Source: Candidatus Nanoarchaeia archaeon (lineage in GTDB: Archaea; Nanobdellota; Nanobdellia; SCGC-AAA011-G17; JACPNG01). Taken from it: DNA of 64,000 nt. How positions within the stretch are numbered: the first letter of the stretch is position 1; each line of letters opens with the position of its first letter. The notes under the pieces were generated by a model. That model had not been told where the DNA came from and did not search any database. It worked only from the letters and a program-made list of their open reading frames with translations. The position numbers and the translations under genes were made by a program. The stretch is from contig JAQTMY010000001.1 of the NCBI GenBank assembly GCA_028714095.1, positions 2,147-66,146 of the forward strand. The letters are read 5' to 3'. Shown piece after piece: positions 63,802 through 64,000 of this stretch.

Positions 63802-64000
63802 ATGACAACTCAAATATTAATGATAATGATAGGTATTGCTATCACAATCCTGATAATCAGGGTAGTTGTAATTATACTACACCAATCCCTCTCAAGGAGA
63901 CAACGTAAGAACATCCTCAATGACCCAAGAATTGCTAACCAGATCAAAATATGGATTGAAAATGGGATGAAACCTACTGGGCGATTCCTCCCAGAACCCT
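63802..64000 (+). CDS. Membrane-anchored hypothetical protein, partial (runs off window end)
   Basis: MTTQILMIMIGIAITILIIRVVVIILHQ... open to the window end; SD AAGGAG upstream. Confidence 0.55.
   Translation, partial: MTTQILMIMIGIAITILIIRVVVIILHQSLSRRQRKNILNDPRIANQIKIWIENGMKPTGRFLPEP

Overview
AT-rich, gene-dense chromosomal segment of a DPANN archaeon, most consistent with Woesearchaeota/Pacearchaeota. Evidence: archaeal PCNA, TFS, RpoL, aMBF1, aRF1, S19e/L39e/L31e, AglB, an S-layer protein, many class III signal-peptide proteins, and mostly leaderless genes with a TATA box about 25 nt upstream. Layout: (1) 1-17.8 kb surface-glycosylation locus (aglB, nucleotidyltransferase-aminotransferase fusion, FemAB-like GNAT, GT2/GT4/GT-C enzymes, B12 radical SAM, FAD oxidoreductase, PHP, DUF362, UbiA-type phosphoribosyltransferase); (2) S-layer gene with a structured 5' leader; (3) 20.4-30.2 kb cluster of pilin-like proteins and two giant Cys-rich paralogues; (4) housekeeping genes interrupted at 36.1-37.3 kb by a roughly 1.15 kb GC-enriched, densely base-paired non-coding region with its own TATA box, a candidate large unclassified ncRNA and the most striking feature; (5) GT2/GT-C operon, scpB, aRF1, valS; (6) 50.1-58.1 kb adhesin block next to tRNA-Phe, encoding a ~2036-aa tail-fibre-like protein with an S74 chaperone domain, split by one in-frame TGA inside a 102-bp tandem repeat; (7) ribosomal protein genes and a pilin-like gene coupled to a large secreted protein with a possible lysozyme-fold C-terminus. 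All calls come from reading motifs by eye; no searches or folding programs were run.
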